Source of the DNA: Chloroflexota bacterium | GTDB taxonomy: Bacteria > Chloroflexota > UBA11872 > UBA12225 | Direction of reading: 5' to 3' | DNA: 64,000 nucleotides | Assembly (NCBI GenBank): GCA_009693165.1 | Contig: SHXX01000001.1 | Span: forward strand, 7,248-71,247 | Part shown: in pieces, positions 1 to 8,650 of the stretch | How positions within the stretch are numbered: the stretch's first letter is position 1 | Layout: every line of letters begins with the position of its first letter | The notes under the pieces: model-generated | Databases searched by the model: none | Seen by the model: only the letters and a program-made list of their open reading frames with translations | What the model was told of the DNA's origin: nothing | Position numbers and translations under genes: made by a program

Positions 1-8
1 ATGAGAAC

Positions 9-1688
9 GTGACCAGACCCCTGACCCGCCGCCTTGCGATCCTGCCGATGGTGGTTGGTTCAGTCCAGAAGAGTGATTTCCGGGGGGCCGTGTTCGGTAG
101 CGGATACATGCTCCGTTCGCTTATCGAGACCCAGCTTTACGATGAAGTGCACTTCTATGCGCCACTGCTCGCGCACCAGGGTGCTTACGAGCGGATGGTC
201 GCGGATGTACCGTGGCTACGGTCGGTCAACGTCTCGGTCCACCAGATGCTTCACCTTCACAAGGAGGTTGTGACCAACGATTACGACCTCGTGTTTGCGC
301 CGACGTTCTCGACAGAGGTCGCCGGTCTTGCGTCCTTGAGGAAGGCGACGGGCACCGATTTCCGGATCCTTTCGGTGATTTACTCGATCAGCTATCCCGA
401 TACCGAGACGGCGATGCTGCTGAACTTGCACGCGCCACTGCGCGATGACGACTTGCTCAATTGCACGAGCGAATCCGGGTTCAGCATCATGCTGGCCCTC
501 GCCGGGCACTTGAGAAGGCGGTTCGGTGTGCCCTTGCCCCTGACGTTGGACATGGCCGTGGTCCCGTACGGGATAGACACCGACGAGTTCTGCCCCGGTG
601 ACCGCGATCAGGCGTGCGCATTCCTTGGTTTGGATGCAGGGACCCGGTACATCCTGAGCCTAGGTCGGTTCTCGGTAGTCGACAAGTTCGACCTCGGACC
701 GGTTATCGAGGCTTTCGTGCGGGCGCGCCTACGGTTGGGCGGGTCGTGGAAGTTGATCCTTGCCGGAGCGGCTGCCCATGGCACCTATCTTGAGTGGGTC
801 AAGTTGCTGCTGACGCGTCGCGGTCTTGAGGATGCAGTCATCATCCGGCCCGATGTCAGCGATGCGGAGAAGGTTGCCCTCTATCGCGCATCCGACATCT
901 TTGTGGCTCCCAGCGATAACCCACAGGAGACCTTCGGGCTCACCGCGATTGAGGCAATGTCCTGCCGCGTCCCGGTCGTGGCTGCCGACTGGGATGGCTA
1001 CAAGGAGACGGTCGTCCACGGAGAGACGGGCCTCCGGGTGCCGACGTACATGCCGCGGTTCACGTCCATCCTTCCGGATCGCAAGCTGATCGACAATTCC
1101 TTGATGCACTTGCTGGTCGCGCAGACGGTGGCAGTTGATGTCGCGCGGCTGGCGGACGCGATCATCCTGCTTGGGAGCGACGAACCCTACCGCCTGCGTC
1201 TCGCCGAGGGGGCACGACAGCGGGCGACGAACGTGTACGACGTTCGCCAGGTCGGTGCAGCCCTCAGGCACGTGCTGACGATTCGCGACGTGATGGCCGC
1301 CGAGGCTACGGACACCGATGGTGCCGCAGGTGAGACCCTTGACAGTCTTGTTCCAGACACGTCCGATGCCTCGTCCCTTTGGGACCTATTCGGGGACTTT
1401 GCTACCCGTGGCCTAGCGGGCAGCGACACACTGGTGACTTCGGAATATGGAACAACGGGGCTGGCCGAAACCCTCCCGGTCTACTTGACACCCGAGATGG
1501 AGGAACTCCTCTATCTTGATTTGGTCAGGCCGATCTGCCGCGCCTGCGTGACCGCGTCGCCGCTGGAACATGTGCGTGCGGCCCTGTTGCTATCCGGTCG
1601 TGACCCGGACCGTGTGGAGTACACGATCTACTGGGCGGTGAAGCAGGGACTGCTGGATGTCAATCCCACCCAAGCTCCCAGATACTGA
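9..1688 (+). CDS. Glycosyltransferase family 1 (GT4-type, GT-B fold) with ~170-aa C-terminal extension of unknown function
   Basis: 559-aa ORF. C-terminal GT-B signature ...QETFGLTAIEAMSCRVPVVAADWDGYKETVVHGETGLRVP. GTG start at 9 (alternative ATG at 48). Confidence 0.8.
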   Translation: MTRPLTRRLAILPMVVGSVQKSDFRGAVFGSGYMLRSLIETQLYDEVHFYAPLLAHQGAYERMVADVPWLRSVNVSVHQMLHLHKEVVTNDYDLVFAPTFSTEVAGLASLRKATGTDFRILSVIYSISYPDTETAMLLNLHAPLRDDDLLNCTSESGFSIMLALAGHLRRRFGVPLPLTLDMAVVPYGIDTDEFCPGDRDQACAFLGLDAGTRYILSLGRFSVVDKFDLGPVIEAFVRARLRLGGSWKLILAGAAAHGTYLEWVKLLLTRRGLEDAVIIRPDVSDAEKVALYRASDIFVAPSDNPQETFGLTAIEAMSCRVPVVAADWDGYKETVVHGETGLRVPTYMPRFTSILPDRKLIDNSLMHLLVAQTVAVDVARLADAIILLGSDEPYRLRLAEGARQRATNVYDVRQVGAALRHVLTIRDVMAAEATDTDGAAGETLDSLVPDTSDASSLWDLFGDFATRGLAGSDTLVTSEYGTTGLAETLPVYLTPEMEELLYLDLVRPICRACVTASPLEHVRAALLLSGRDPDRVEYTIYWAVKQGLLDVNPTQAPRY

Positions 1689-1747
1689 TCGGTGTCCTCA
1701 GTTCTATCGCGGGTCCGAGGTGCCGGAAGCTCAACACATTGGCTCGC

Positions 1748-2791
1748 CTACGCGAGGCTGATGGTTCCCCCGACCGCCGGAAGCAGGATCTCGTCACTTC
1801 GATAGCCGGAAGCGGCTCCGGCTTCAGCAAAGCGCCTCGGTGGTTCGAAGTTCGGTTCGGTCGAAAGTGAGATCGTGCCCCAGTGCATGCCTAGCAGGCG
1901 CGAAGCGTTGATGTCCCGCCCGAGGCGCACCGCTTCCTCCGGCGTACAGTGAACCGCGGCCATCATTGACGCCGGCATGTATGTCCCGATGGGCACGAGT
2001 GCGATGTCGTACGGACCTCCCGGGGCGACGCGTTCTCGGAAAACCGGACCGAAGGCGGTGTCGCCAGCGAAATAAACCCGACGCGTTGCCGTGGTCAGCG
2101 AGTAGCTGTTCCAGTTCGACCTGTTCCGGTCAAACAGGCCCCGGCCGGAAAAGTGGATCGCTGGCAGGGCTGTGATTGTCACGCCCCGCACCACGGTCGT
2201 TGCGCCCCACGGCAATTCAGTCACGGCCCCGAATTGCCAATCGCGCACCCGATTGCCAAGTCCTTCCGGCACCACGGCGGTCATGCGCACCCGGTTTGGC
2301 AGTCCATCCAGGGTTGACTCATCCATGTGATCGTAATGGTTGTGGGAGAGCAGAAGGATGTCGGTTTGACCAAAGTCAGACGGTTCAAACGGGGTCGTGA
2401 CAAACTTTCGGGGACCGATCCCGGGTACCGGCGAAGCGAAATCTGTCAAGAATGGGTCTAATAACAGCCTAACTCCGCTGACCTGGATCGCAAATCCGGC
2501 GTGACCGAGCCAGGTCACCTGATCACGAGACATGCCGCCGTTCAGAAGGGATTCCACGGCTTCGGGGCGTGTCAGGACATGACCGGGACGCGGTTCGTTG
2601 TCCGGTGTTGGTGGTCGTGCACGGAAGAAACCCGAGACTGAGCTGAAGCCGGCTTGACGGAGTGGGCTGCCGGGTGGGTTGGCGAATTCCGGGCCTGCTC
2701 CCGACACGCGGCGGGCAATCTCCAGTGACGCCGCAACCCCGCTAATGCCCGCGACGGCGCGCAAGACCCGCGACCTTCTGACGCTAATCAT
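1748..2791 (-). CDS. MBL-fold metallo-hydrolase (NAPE-PLD-like family)
   Basis: Metal-binding motif LLLSHNHYDHMD. Start moved from 2905 to ATG 2791 (MISVRRSRVLRAV..., signal/TM-like), giving an 8-nt overlap with the upstream GT2 stop. Confidence 0.8.
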   Translation of the reverse strand: MISVRRSRVLRAVAGISGVAASLEIARRVSGAGPEFANPPGSPLRQAGFSSVSGFFRARPPTPDNEPRPGHVLTRPEAVESLLNGGMSRDQVTWLGHAGFAIQVSGVRLLLDPFLTDFASPVPGIGPRKFVTTPFEPSDFGQTDILLLSHNHYDHMDESTLDGLPNRVRMTAVVPEGLGNRVRDWQFGAVTELPWGATTVVRGVTITALPAIHFSGRGLFDRNRSNWNSYSLTTATRRVYFAGDTAFGPVFRERVAPGGPYDIALVPIGTYMPASMMAAVHCTPEEAVRLGRDINASRLLGMHWGTISLSTEPNFEPPRRFAEAGAASGYRSDEILLPAVGGTISLA

Positions 2792-3854
2792 CCCTAAAGC
2801 CGTGGCGGGCGTCTGGTCGCGCGAACCTCTCGCTGCAGGTGCCCGGCATTCGCCGGGAGTTCCCTGTTGGCGATGGGACCCGAGGATCGCCGTAGACCGT
2901 GTCAAGCAAGTACAAAGGCCTCCCTTTGACTTCGTCGTAGATCCGGCCTAGATATTCACCAATGACCCCTAGGAAGATGAGTTGGATGCCACCAAGGAAG
3001 AGGACGCTGACGAGTGTCGTTGCTTGACCGGTGAGTTCGTGTCCCAGGAAGATGCGGATCAGAATGGCTGCCAGCACCCCAACCAGGCTGAGCCCGGCCA
3101 CGAAAAACCCCGCGTACGTCGCAAGCTGCAAGGGCAGGTATGAGAAATTGGTGATCCCGTCGATCGCGAGGCGGGCCATCTTCCGCAACGGATACTTTGT
3201 CTCGCCCGCATGCCTCGCGGCCCGCGCGTACTGCACGGCCGTCGTGCGATAGCCAATCCAGGCCGCCATGCCCCTGACGAACCGGTGGTGTTCGCGCATC
3301 GACCTCAGTGCGTCCGCCGCCCGACGGTCCATCAGGCGGAAGTCCCCGGTATCAAGGGGAATGTCAACGTTTGCAATGCTTCGGATCAGTCGGTAGAACA
3401 CCGACGCCGTTGTCCGCTTGAACCACGTCTCACCAACCCGGGCAGACCGCATCGCATAGACCACCTGGAATCCGGCCTTCCACTGTGCATGCAGGTCGGC
3501 AATCACCTCAGGCGGATCCTGGAGGTCGGAATCGATAACCACAACTGCGTCGCCGCGGGCATAGTCCAGCCCGGCCGTGATTGCGATCTGGTGGCCAAAG
3601 TTCCGCGAGAAGATCAGCGCCCGCACCCGCGGATCCGACTGTGAAAGCCGTTCCATGACCGCACGCGATCCGTCGGCACTGCCGTCATCGATGAGGACGA
3701 GTTCCCACCGTTCGACGAGTGCGTCCAGGACGGTACGGCATCGGTCATAGAAAAGCGGTAGCGTCTCCGCTTCATTCCAGACGGGGGCAACAACCGACAA
3801 CTGTGGTGCCAGTATTGCCGTCTCTGCGCTGCCTTGTCCGACGTCCATAGCCAT
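2784..3854 (-). CDS. Glycosyltransferase family 2, polyprenol-phosphate glycosyltransferase type (GtrB/ArnC/DPM1-like)
   Basis: LSVVAPVWNEAETLP, LIDDGSADGS, DSDLQDPPE motifs, plus two C-terminal hydrophobic helices typical of this family. Confidence 0.85.
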   Translation of the reverse strand: MAMDVGQGSAETAILAPQLSVVAPVWNEAETLPLFYDRCRTVLDALVERWELVLIDDGSADGSRAVMERLSQSDPRVRALIFSRNFGHQIAITAGLDYARGDAVVVIDSDLQDPPEVIADLHAQWKAGFQVVYAMRSARVGETWFKRTTASVFYRLIRSIANVDIPLDTGDFRLMDRRAADALRSMREHHRFVRGMAAWIGYRTTAVQYARAARHAGETKYPLRKMARLAIDGITNFSYLPLQLATYAGFFVAGLSLVGVLAAILIRIFLGHELTGQATTLVSVLFLGGIQLIFLGVIGEYLGRIYDEVKGRPLYLLDTVYGDPRVPSPTGNSRRMPGTCSERFARPDARHGFRDD

Positions 3855-3917
3855 GTCAGCGTACCGTACCGGTCTGGCGAGTGGTCCCCGCCCGCGGCGT
3901 CCGGATATGTTCGTTCG

Positions 3918-4652
3918 TCAGACAAGGATTGCCCAGGTAGCGCGGAATGCATCGCGGATTGCCCGCACGTCGCCCATCCACGATGCCGGGTTGTAAATCA
4001 GCAGGAGGTCACACGCCGGCAAGTTCCGGATATCCTGCATCGAGGTCGTCCGGATCAGCCTGCCTGGTTCGATCGCGAATCCGCCGTGCAGTAGTACTGA
4101 TGCCCAGAGTGATAGGCGTTCGCCGTCATCGGTTGACGCGCAGAGCACCGCACGCTTCCCCCAGTGCGGATGCATCGATGACAGGAATGCCGTCGCATAG
4201 CCTCCGCCATCCGGCGTCTCGCAGACGGTCGTGTCGACATCCAGACGGACTTCCCGGAGGCTACGGAGCATCACCCCGGGGAGTTCGATGCCGAGCGCAA
4301 GCACTCCGAGTTCGTACGCGACAAGAGGCTCTTCCTGTTCGAGGTGTTGCGCCCCGACCCAGGCGATGTAGTCACCGCACGCTCGATCGTCAATTGTGTG
4401 TCGTTTGGGAACCGAGATTGCATCAAGAATGTCGCCGCCGACAAGGGCCGGAGCGTGCAAAGAAACAGTGTGCAGGGACAGGGCTAAGGCGTCACCAAAA
4501 CTCGCGCCTTGGGTGTCGGAACTGGCTCGGTTCGTGAGGTGTCCCGGTATCCACCCGTGTGCTTCGGCCACGACCCCGCACATCAAGGCGAAGGCAAGTC
4601 TCCGGGCGGTACTGGCGTCCGGATGCAGGCGGGCAATGAATTCCGGGGTCAC
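3918..4652 (-). CDS. Hypothetical protein (244 aa, His-rich motifs, no family recognised)
   Basis: Long ORF in the operon frame. Its ATG overlaps the stop of the upstream 111-aa ORF (ATGA, 4649-4652). No motif recognised. Confidence 0.5.
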   Translation of the reverse strand: MTPEFIARLHPDASTARRLAFALMCGVVAEAHGWIPGHLTNRASSDTQGASFGDALALSLHTVSLHAPALVGGDILDAISVPKRHTIDDRACGDYIAWVGAQHLEQEEPLVAYELGVLALGIELPGVMLRSLREVRLDVDTTVCETPDGGGYATAFLSSMHPHWGKRAVLCASTDDGERLSLWASVLLHGGFAIEPGRLIRTTSMQDIRNLPACDLLLIYNPASWMGDVRAIRDAFRATWAILV

Positions 4653-4984
4653 CGGCTTGCAGCGACATCGTCCGGCAGTACCGACCGGTCGGGTCCATAG
4701 CCAACATCGCTGAGGGCATCCGCAACGTCGGTTGCTGTCGTTGCCTCCGGGTCAATCCGGACGGAAATCCACCCAGTCGTGGTGTCGATGGCAATGTCCA
4801 CAATGCCCGGAACGAGTGACAGTTCTGACGCGATCAGCGCCTCGGCGGTTGTTGCACAGCAACTCGTTCCAACGGCCGGCCTCTCCAGGAGGCCCGGGAG
4901 GAACCACGACACCACGTCTGCCGGATTCGAACCCGGCACGTCTCGAAGCAAGGTAGGCGCGCCTTGGGGTGCCATGCTGATCAT
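4649..4984 (-). CDS. Small protein with HMA-like (ferredoxin-fold, heavy-metal-associated-like) domain carrying CC instead of CxxC
   Basis: VGTSCCATTAEALIASELSLVPGIVDIAIDTTTGWISVRIDPEATTATDVADALSDVGYG follows the beta-alpha-beta-beta-alpha-beta spacing of HMA domains (G-x-x-C..., ...G-V/I-x-x-v-x-V..., ...GY). Start uncertain. Confidence 0.4.
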   Translation of the reverse strand: MISMAPQGAPTLLRDVPGSNPADVVSWFLPGLLERPAVGTSCCATTAEALIASELSLVPGIVDIAIDTTTGWISVRIDPEATTATDVADALSDVGYGPDRSVLPDDVAASR

Positions 4985-5060
4985 GGGTGAAGTGTAGGCG
5001 GTGCGCGGTGTCAGCGCATTCTTGTTTCGCTGAGGTCAGTCTGCCCACGTGTCCGGTCAA

Positions 5061-6248
5061 TCATCCTTGAATGAACCGCCGTCGACCGCGGTCGACCCCA
5101 AGCACGCCTCCTGCGATGCCGGCAACGTTCGCGATGATGGGCATGATCCGCGTTTCCAGGTCCCTTCGTGGCAGGCGGACAAGCCGGTCCACCGCGAACA
5201 GTGGTCCGTTGTGCGCGGTGGACCCGCCGTACGATGCCATTACCGTTTCGATGACCGGGAGCATGACCGCCGGATCTGGCACCCATCGCGCCAGGCGGTC
5301 TGGCAATGAATGCCCATTGGGTCCGAAGAGTTGATTATCCAGTCCCAGTTGGTTGGCGGGCACGTCAATCCGTAGTGGGAGATCGGCTTCATGCGGACGC
5401 AGGTAGCACGAAACGATTGCCGGACAGTCGCGGAGCAATTCCGGTGCAAGCGGGGTTGTCACTGGGAACTGAGACGCGTCAAGCATCAGTGGCCAACTCC
5501 AACCCGCTCCCATCGATGCGAGAACCTCGCCATCTCCGGGACGTGGAATGTCGGCCTCGTCGTTGCCCGATCGGTCACCCGACCGGGCGGTGAGGCGTCC
5601 ATTGGCCACATGAACCTCCCCAGTCACTCCCATCTCGGCCTGCAGTGCCGCTGCCAGGACCGACGCACGCTGGGTCTTCGCGATCCCGATGACCCAGGTA
5701 CCTGTGCTTGCGGCGGTGATGAAAAGTTCCCGTGTCCGCGTCATCAATGAGCCGGCACGTTCGATGCCGTCACCCCACCGGACGTTTGTTGGGCCACCTG
5801 CCATGTGCGCAAGGTCTGCGTGGAGCGATCCGTCAATCCAGACAATCGTGTCCGATGGCACGCCGAGGGCCACTGCGCGGGCCATTGCCTTGACGGCAAC
5901 CTCGGTTTCAAGGGATCGCATCAGGAGATCGCGTGCACTTGATGCCGCCACATCATCAAACCGCGCGGGCATGGCTTCGATATCTGCCTCCTGGATCTGC
6001 CCGATCGGATCAGGACCGAGGGCACAGGCGAGACCGATGACGAGATGCGCGCCAGTTGACAGCAGGACGGCGTGGCTTGTGCCATCGACCCCGATCCCGG
6101 TCGTCCGGTGTGCCCGTGCATCCGGCAGGTCAAACCATCGGTCCGTCAGTGGCGTGGCCAGATGGGTGGCGCCAGATGCAGTCGCGACCCGCCAGATCTG
6201 TTCGCGACGCTTGATGGCCGCGCCGATGATTGGTCCGAGGATTGTCAT
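5061..6248 (-). CDS. NurA-domain nuclease-like protein (no adjacent HerA)
   Basis: Motifs GIGVDGTSH, IVWIDGSLHADL, GIAKTQRASVL and C-terminal ...PLFAVDRLVRL resemble NurA motifs (DGS ... DGSL ... KxS ... AD). Start set at ATG 6248, preceded by AGGA. Confidence 0.55.
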   Translation of the reverse strand: MTILGPIIGAAIKRREQIWRVATASGATHLATPLTDRWFDLPDARAHRTTGIGVDGTSHAVLLSTGAHLVIGLACALGPDPIGQIQEADIEAMPARFDDVAASSARDLLMRSLETEVAVKAMARAVALGVPSDTIVWIDGSLHADLAHMAGGPTNVRWGDGIERAGSLMTRTRELFITAASTGTWVIGIAKTQRASVLAAALQAEMGVTGEVHVANGRLTARSGDRSGNDEADIPRPGDGEVLASMGAGWSWPLMLDASQFPVTTPLAPELLRDCPAIVSCYLRPHEADLPLRIDVPANQLGLDNQLFGPNGHSLPDRLARWVPDPAVMLPVIETVMASYGGSTAHNGPLFAVDRLVRLPRRDLETRIMPIIANVAGIAGGVLGVDRGRRRFIQG

Positions 6249-6317
6249 CGTGATCCTGGATCCCGAATATCGAACATATATTCTAGTGTACTGCAAGAGG
6301 GGGCATTTGCGAACCGG

Positions 6318-6737
6318 TCAATCAGTGATGCGCACCGCGACCGGGAGTTCCTTGCCTGCAGTCGCTGGGCGCGCGGTCACCGTCACGGGTTCACCGAACA
6401 TCATGTGTTCACGAAGGTGACCGGGTGTCATGTCGACCGCGTCATCAACAGCAAATTGCCATTCATTTCCCTCGGCGCTCCGGACCGCGATGACTGAAGC
6501 GTGTCCGATGTCACGCGCATCCACCCGCGTGACCGTTCCCCGGACCACGATTGGCTGGTCGTTGCGGATCACGACTGCGGAAATGGCGACCGCGATGCCG
6601 GTCGTGATCAGTGCGACCGCCACCCAGCGAGGGCGTCTACGCCTGGCGCGGTTTTGGTTCCCGGTGGCTGTTGGCGGTTCTGGCGTCGTGACATCGCTTG
6701 CCATGGGTTTGAGTCTAGTCCCCACCGGCGCGGACAT
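6318..6737 (-). CDS. Hypothetical membrane-anchored protein
   Basis: 139-aa ORF with an Arg-rich segment followed by a hydrophobic helix (WVAVALITTGIAVAISAVVI), then a beta-rich domain. Alternative start ATG 6704. Confidence 0.45.
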   Translation of the reverse strand: MSAPVGTRLKPMASDVTTPEPPTATGNQNRARRRRPRWVAVALITTGIAVAISAVVIRNDQPIVVRGTVTRVDARDIGHASVIAVRSAEGNEWQFAVDDAVDMTPGHLREHMMFGEPVTVTARPATAGKELPVAVRITD

Positions 6738-6814
6738 GACATGGCGTGCGCCAAACGCGCCTCATGCGGTCGCGCCTGTTCAGTGAGGCGCCGGTCCCAC
6801 CTATAATCGGGTCA

Positions 6815-8326
6815 ATGCCCCAGTATCCGGGAGTGCCACCACGCGTCGGCACATCCTTCACCATGCGCCGCCTTCGATCGATTGCCCGCCGTAGCGCCCC
6901 GGCGAATCCACCTGCCTTGCCTGACCCCGCAACCGGTGACTCTCCGGCGGTGTCCGAGGCATCCCTGTGGGGCGTATGGACCGATGTACGGCGGACGGTC
7001 CTTGAAGGTGGCACCCGGGTCGTTTCGGCGCGCCTGCCACGCAGCGGTTCTGTCAGCGTTGCAGTTGGCATTGGTGTGGGGTCACGGCACGAGCCGTCGG
7101 AACTCAGCGGTATCAGCCATGTGCTGGAGCACATGGTGTTTCGGGGCAGCGAGCGCTGGCCGACGAGTTTTGACCTGACGGCGGCAATTGAGACCGCTGG
7201 TGGCACTCTCGATGGCTACACACATCGTGAGGCGACGGTCTACTACAGCCGGTTGCCCCGACCGCACATGGCGCATGCCTTGGAAATCATCTTCGACATG
7301 GTGCGTCGTCCTCGGCTTAGCCCTGAGGACTTCCTGATTGAGCGTGAAGTGGTCATCGAAGAGATCAAGCAGGATGCCCAGGCCAGTCCGGTCGTTGCGG
7401 AAGAGGCCTTGGACGCCCTGCTTTGGCCGGATCACCCACTGAGCCGGTCACCCGCGGGCAAGGAAGCAACCGTCGCCGCACTTGTCTCTGATGATGTGCG
7501 ACGGGTTTGGGAGTGGGCCTACGCACCGTCGCATACCGTCGTCAGCATCGCCGGCGATGTCGATCATCAGGAAGTCTGCGACTTGGTAGCCCGCCTTATC
7601 GCAGGGTGGGCACCCGGGCAGGGGTACCCGCCAGATGTGCCGATGGCCCCCGAACCTGCCGCCCCAGGCCTTGACTCCCGGTGGGCCGAAGGCCAGACCG
7701 CCTACGTATACGCGGGTGTGCGGGGCGTGCCGTCTACCCATCCGGACCGCCCGGCGCTTGAGTTGCTCAGTTGTGCCGTGGGCGAACTCGCATCTTCGCG
7801 GTTGTGGGCGGACCTCCGTGATGCGCGTGGACTCGCCTACGACGTTGGCTCTGAGGTGACCTCATTCGCTGACAGCGGCGCACTACGGATGTGGGCTGGC
7901 GTGCCACCGAAGCGTCAGGCCGAGGCCGTTGAACGGATGCTTGCGCAGGCTGCCGGTGCGCGCAAGGGCCTCCTGCCTGAGGAGTTCAGCCGGGCCAAGA
8001 ACTTTGTGGTAGGCGAACTGACAATGGCCTGCGAGACATCAGAGGACATGGCGCACTGGCTTCTCTGGGGTGACCTGGCTCACCGCCGCCTTATCCCACC
8101 GGGGGCGGTCCGTGCGACCTATGAACAGTTGACGCCGACGGACGTCGCGCGCGCGGCTGCCCTTTGGGCACCGGAGAGAGTCCAGATCGCAATTGCGGGA
8201 CCGGCGCCACGTCGCGGTGCGCGGCTACTGAAAATGGTTCAGGCGCCTGTGCCTACCGGGGCGGAGCCAAGTGACGACGGGGCTCCGGTTCAGCGCACAA
8301 CCCGGCCCGCAACACGCAGGGCCTAG
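6815..8326 (+). CDS. M16 family (pitrilysin/insulinase-like) zinc peptidase
   Basis: Inverted zinc motif HxxEH in GISHVLEHMVFRGSERWP, and a two-domain length. Start uncertain (ATG 6746/6815/6863 or GTG 6950). Confidence 0.8.
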   Translation: MPQYPGVPPRVGTSFTMRRLRSIARRSAPANPPALPDPATGDSPAVSEASLWGVWTDVRRTVLEGGTRVVSARLPRSGSVSVAVGIGVGSRHEPSELSGISHVLEHMVFRGSERWPTSFDLTAAIETAGGTLDGYTHREATVYYSRLPRPHMAHALEIIFDMVRRPRLSPEDFLIEREVVIEEIKQDAQASPVVAEEALDALLWPDHPLSRSPAGKEATVAALVSDDVRRVWEWAYAPSHTVVSIAGDVDHQEVCDLVARLIAGWAPGQGYPPDVPMAPEPAAPGLDSRWAEGQTAYVYAGVRGVPSTHPDRPALELLSCAVGELASSRLWADLRDARGLAYDVGSEVTSFADSGALRMWAGVPPKRQAEAVERMLAQAAGARKGLLPEEFSRAKNFVVGELTMACETSEDMAHWLLWGDLAHRRLIPPGAVRATYEQLTPTDVARAAALWAPERVQIAIAGPAPRRGARLLKMVQAPVPTGAEPSDDGAPVQRTTRPATRRA

Positions 8327-8398
8327 TGGGAAAATCTGGAACTCGGGAAGAACGGCGCCAATAAATCGACCGTCTTCAAAGCGGGGTGAGGGCGGGGG

Positions 8399-8472
<74 letters not shown>

Positions 8473-8520
8473 CGGACCTTAGTTGTCTGTAAACCGCGAG
8501 TGCGAGTGCATTCTGCGGGG

Positions 8521-8592
8521 AGCGGGCAACGGGGCTCGAACCCGTGGTCTCAACCTTGGGAAGGTCGCGTGTTACCACTACACCATGCCCGC
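8521..8592 (-). tRNA. tRNA-Gly (anticodon CCC)
   Basis: Reverse complement GCGGGCATGGTGTAGTGGTAACAC...: anticodon arm CGACC-TTCCCAA-GGTTG, T-loop GGTTCGAGCCC, acceptor GCGGGCA/TGCCCGC. Confidence 0.9.
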
Positions 8593-8650
8593 AGAGTGAT
8601 GGAAGTCTACCAACATCGGTTTGCTGACGCCACTCGGGCATGACGGCAGA

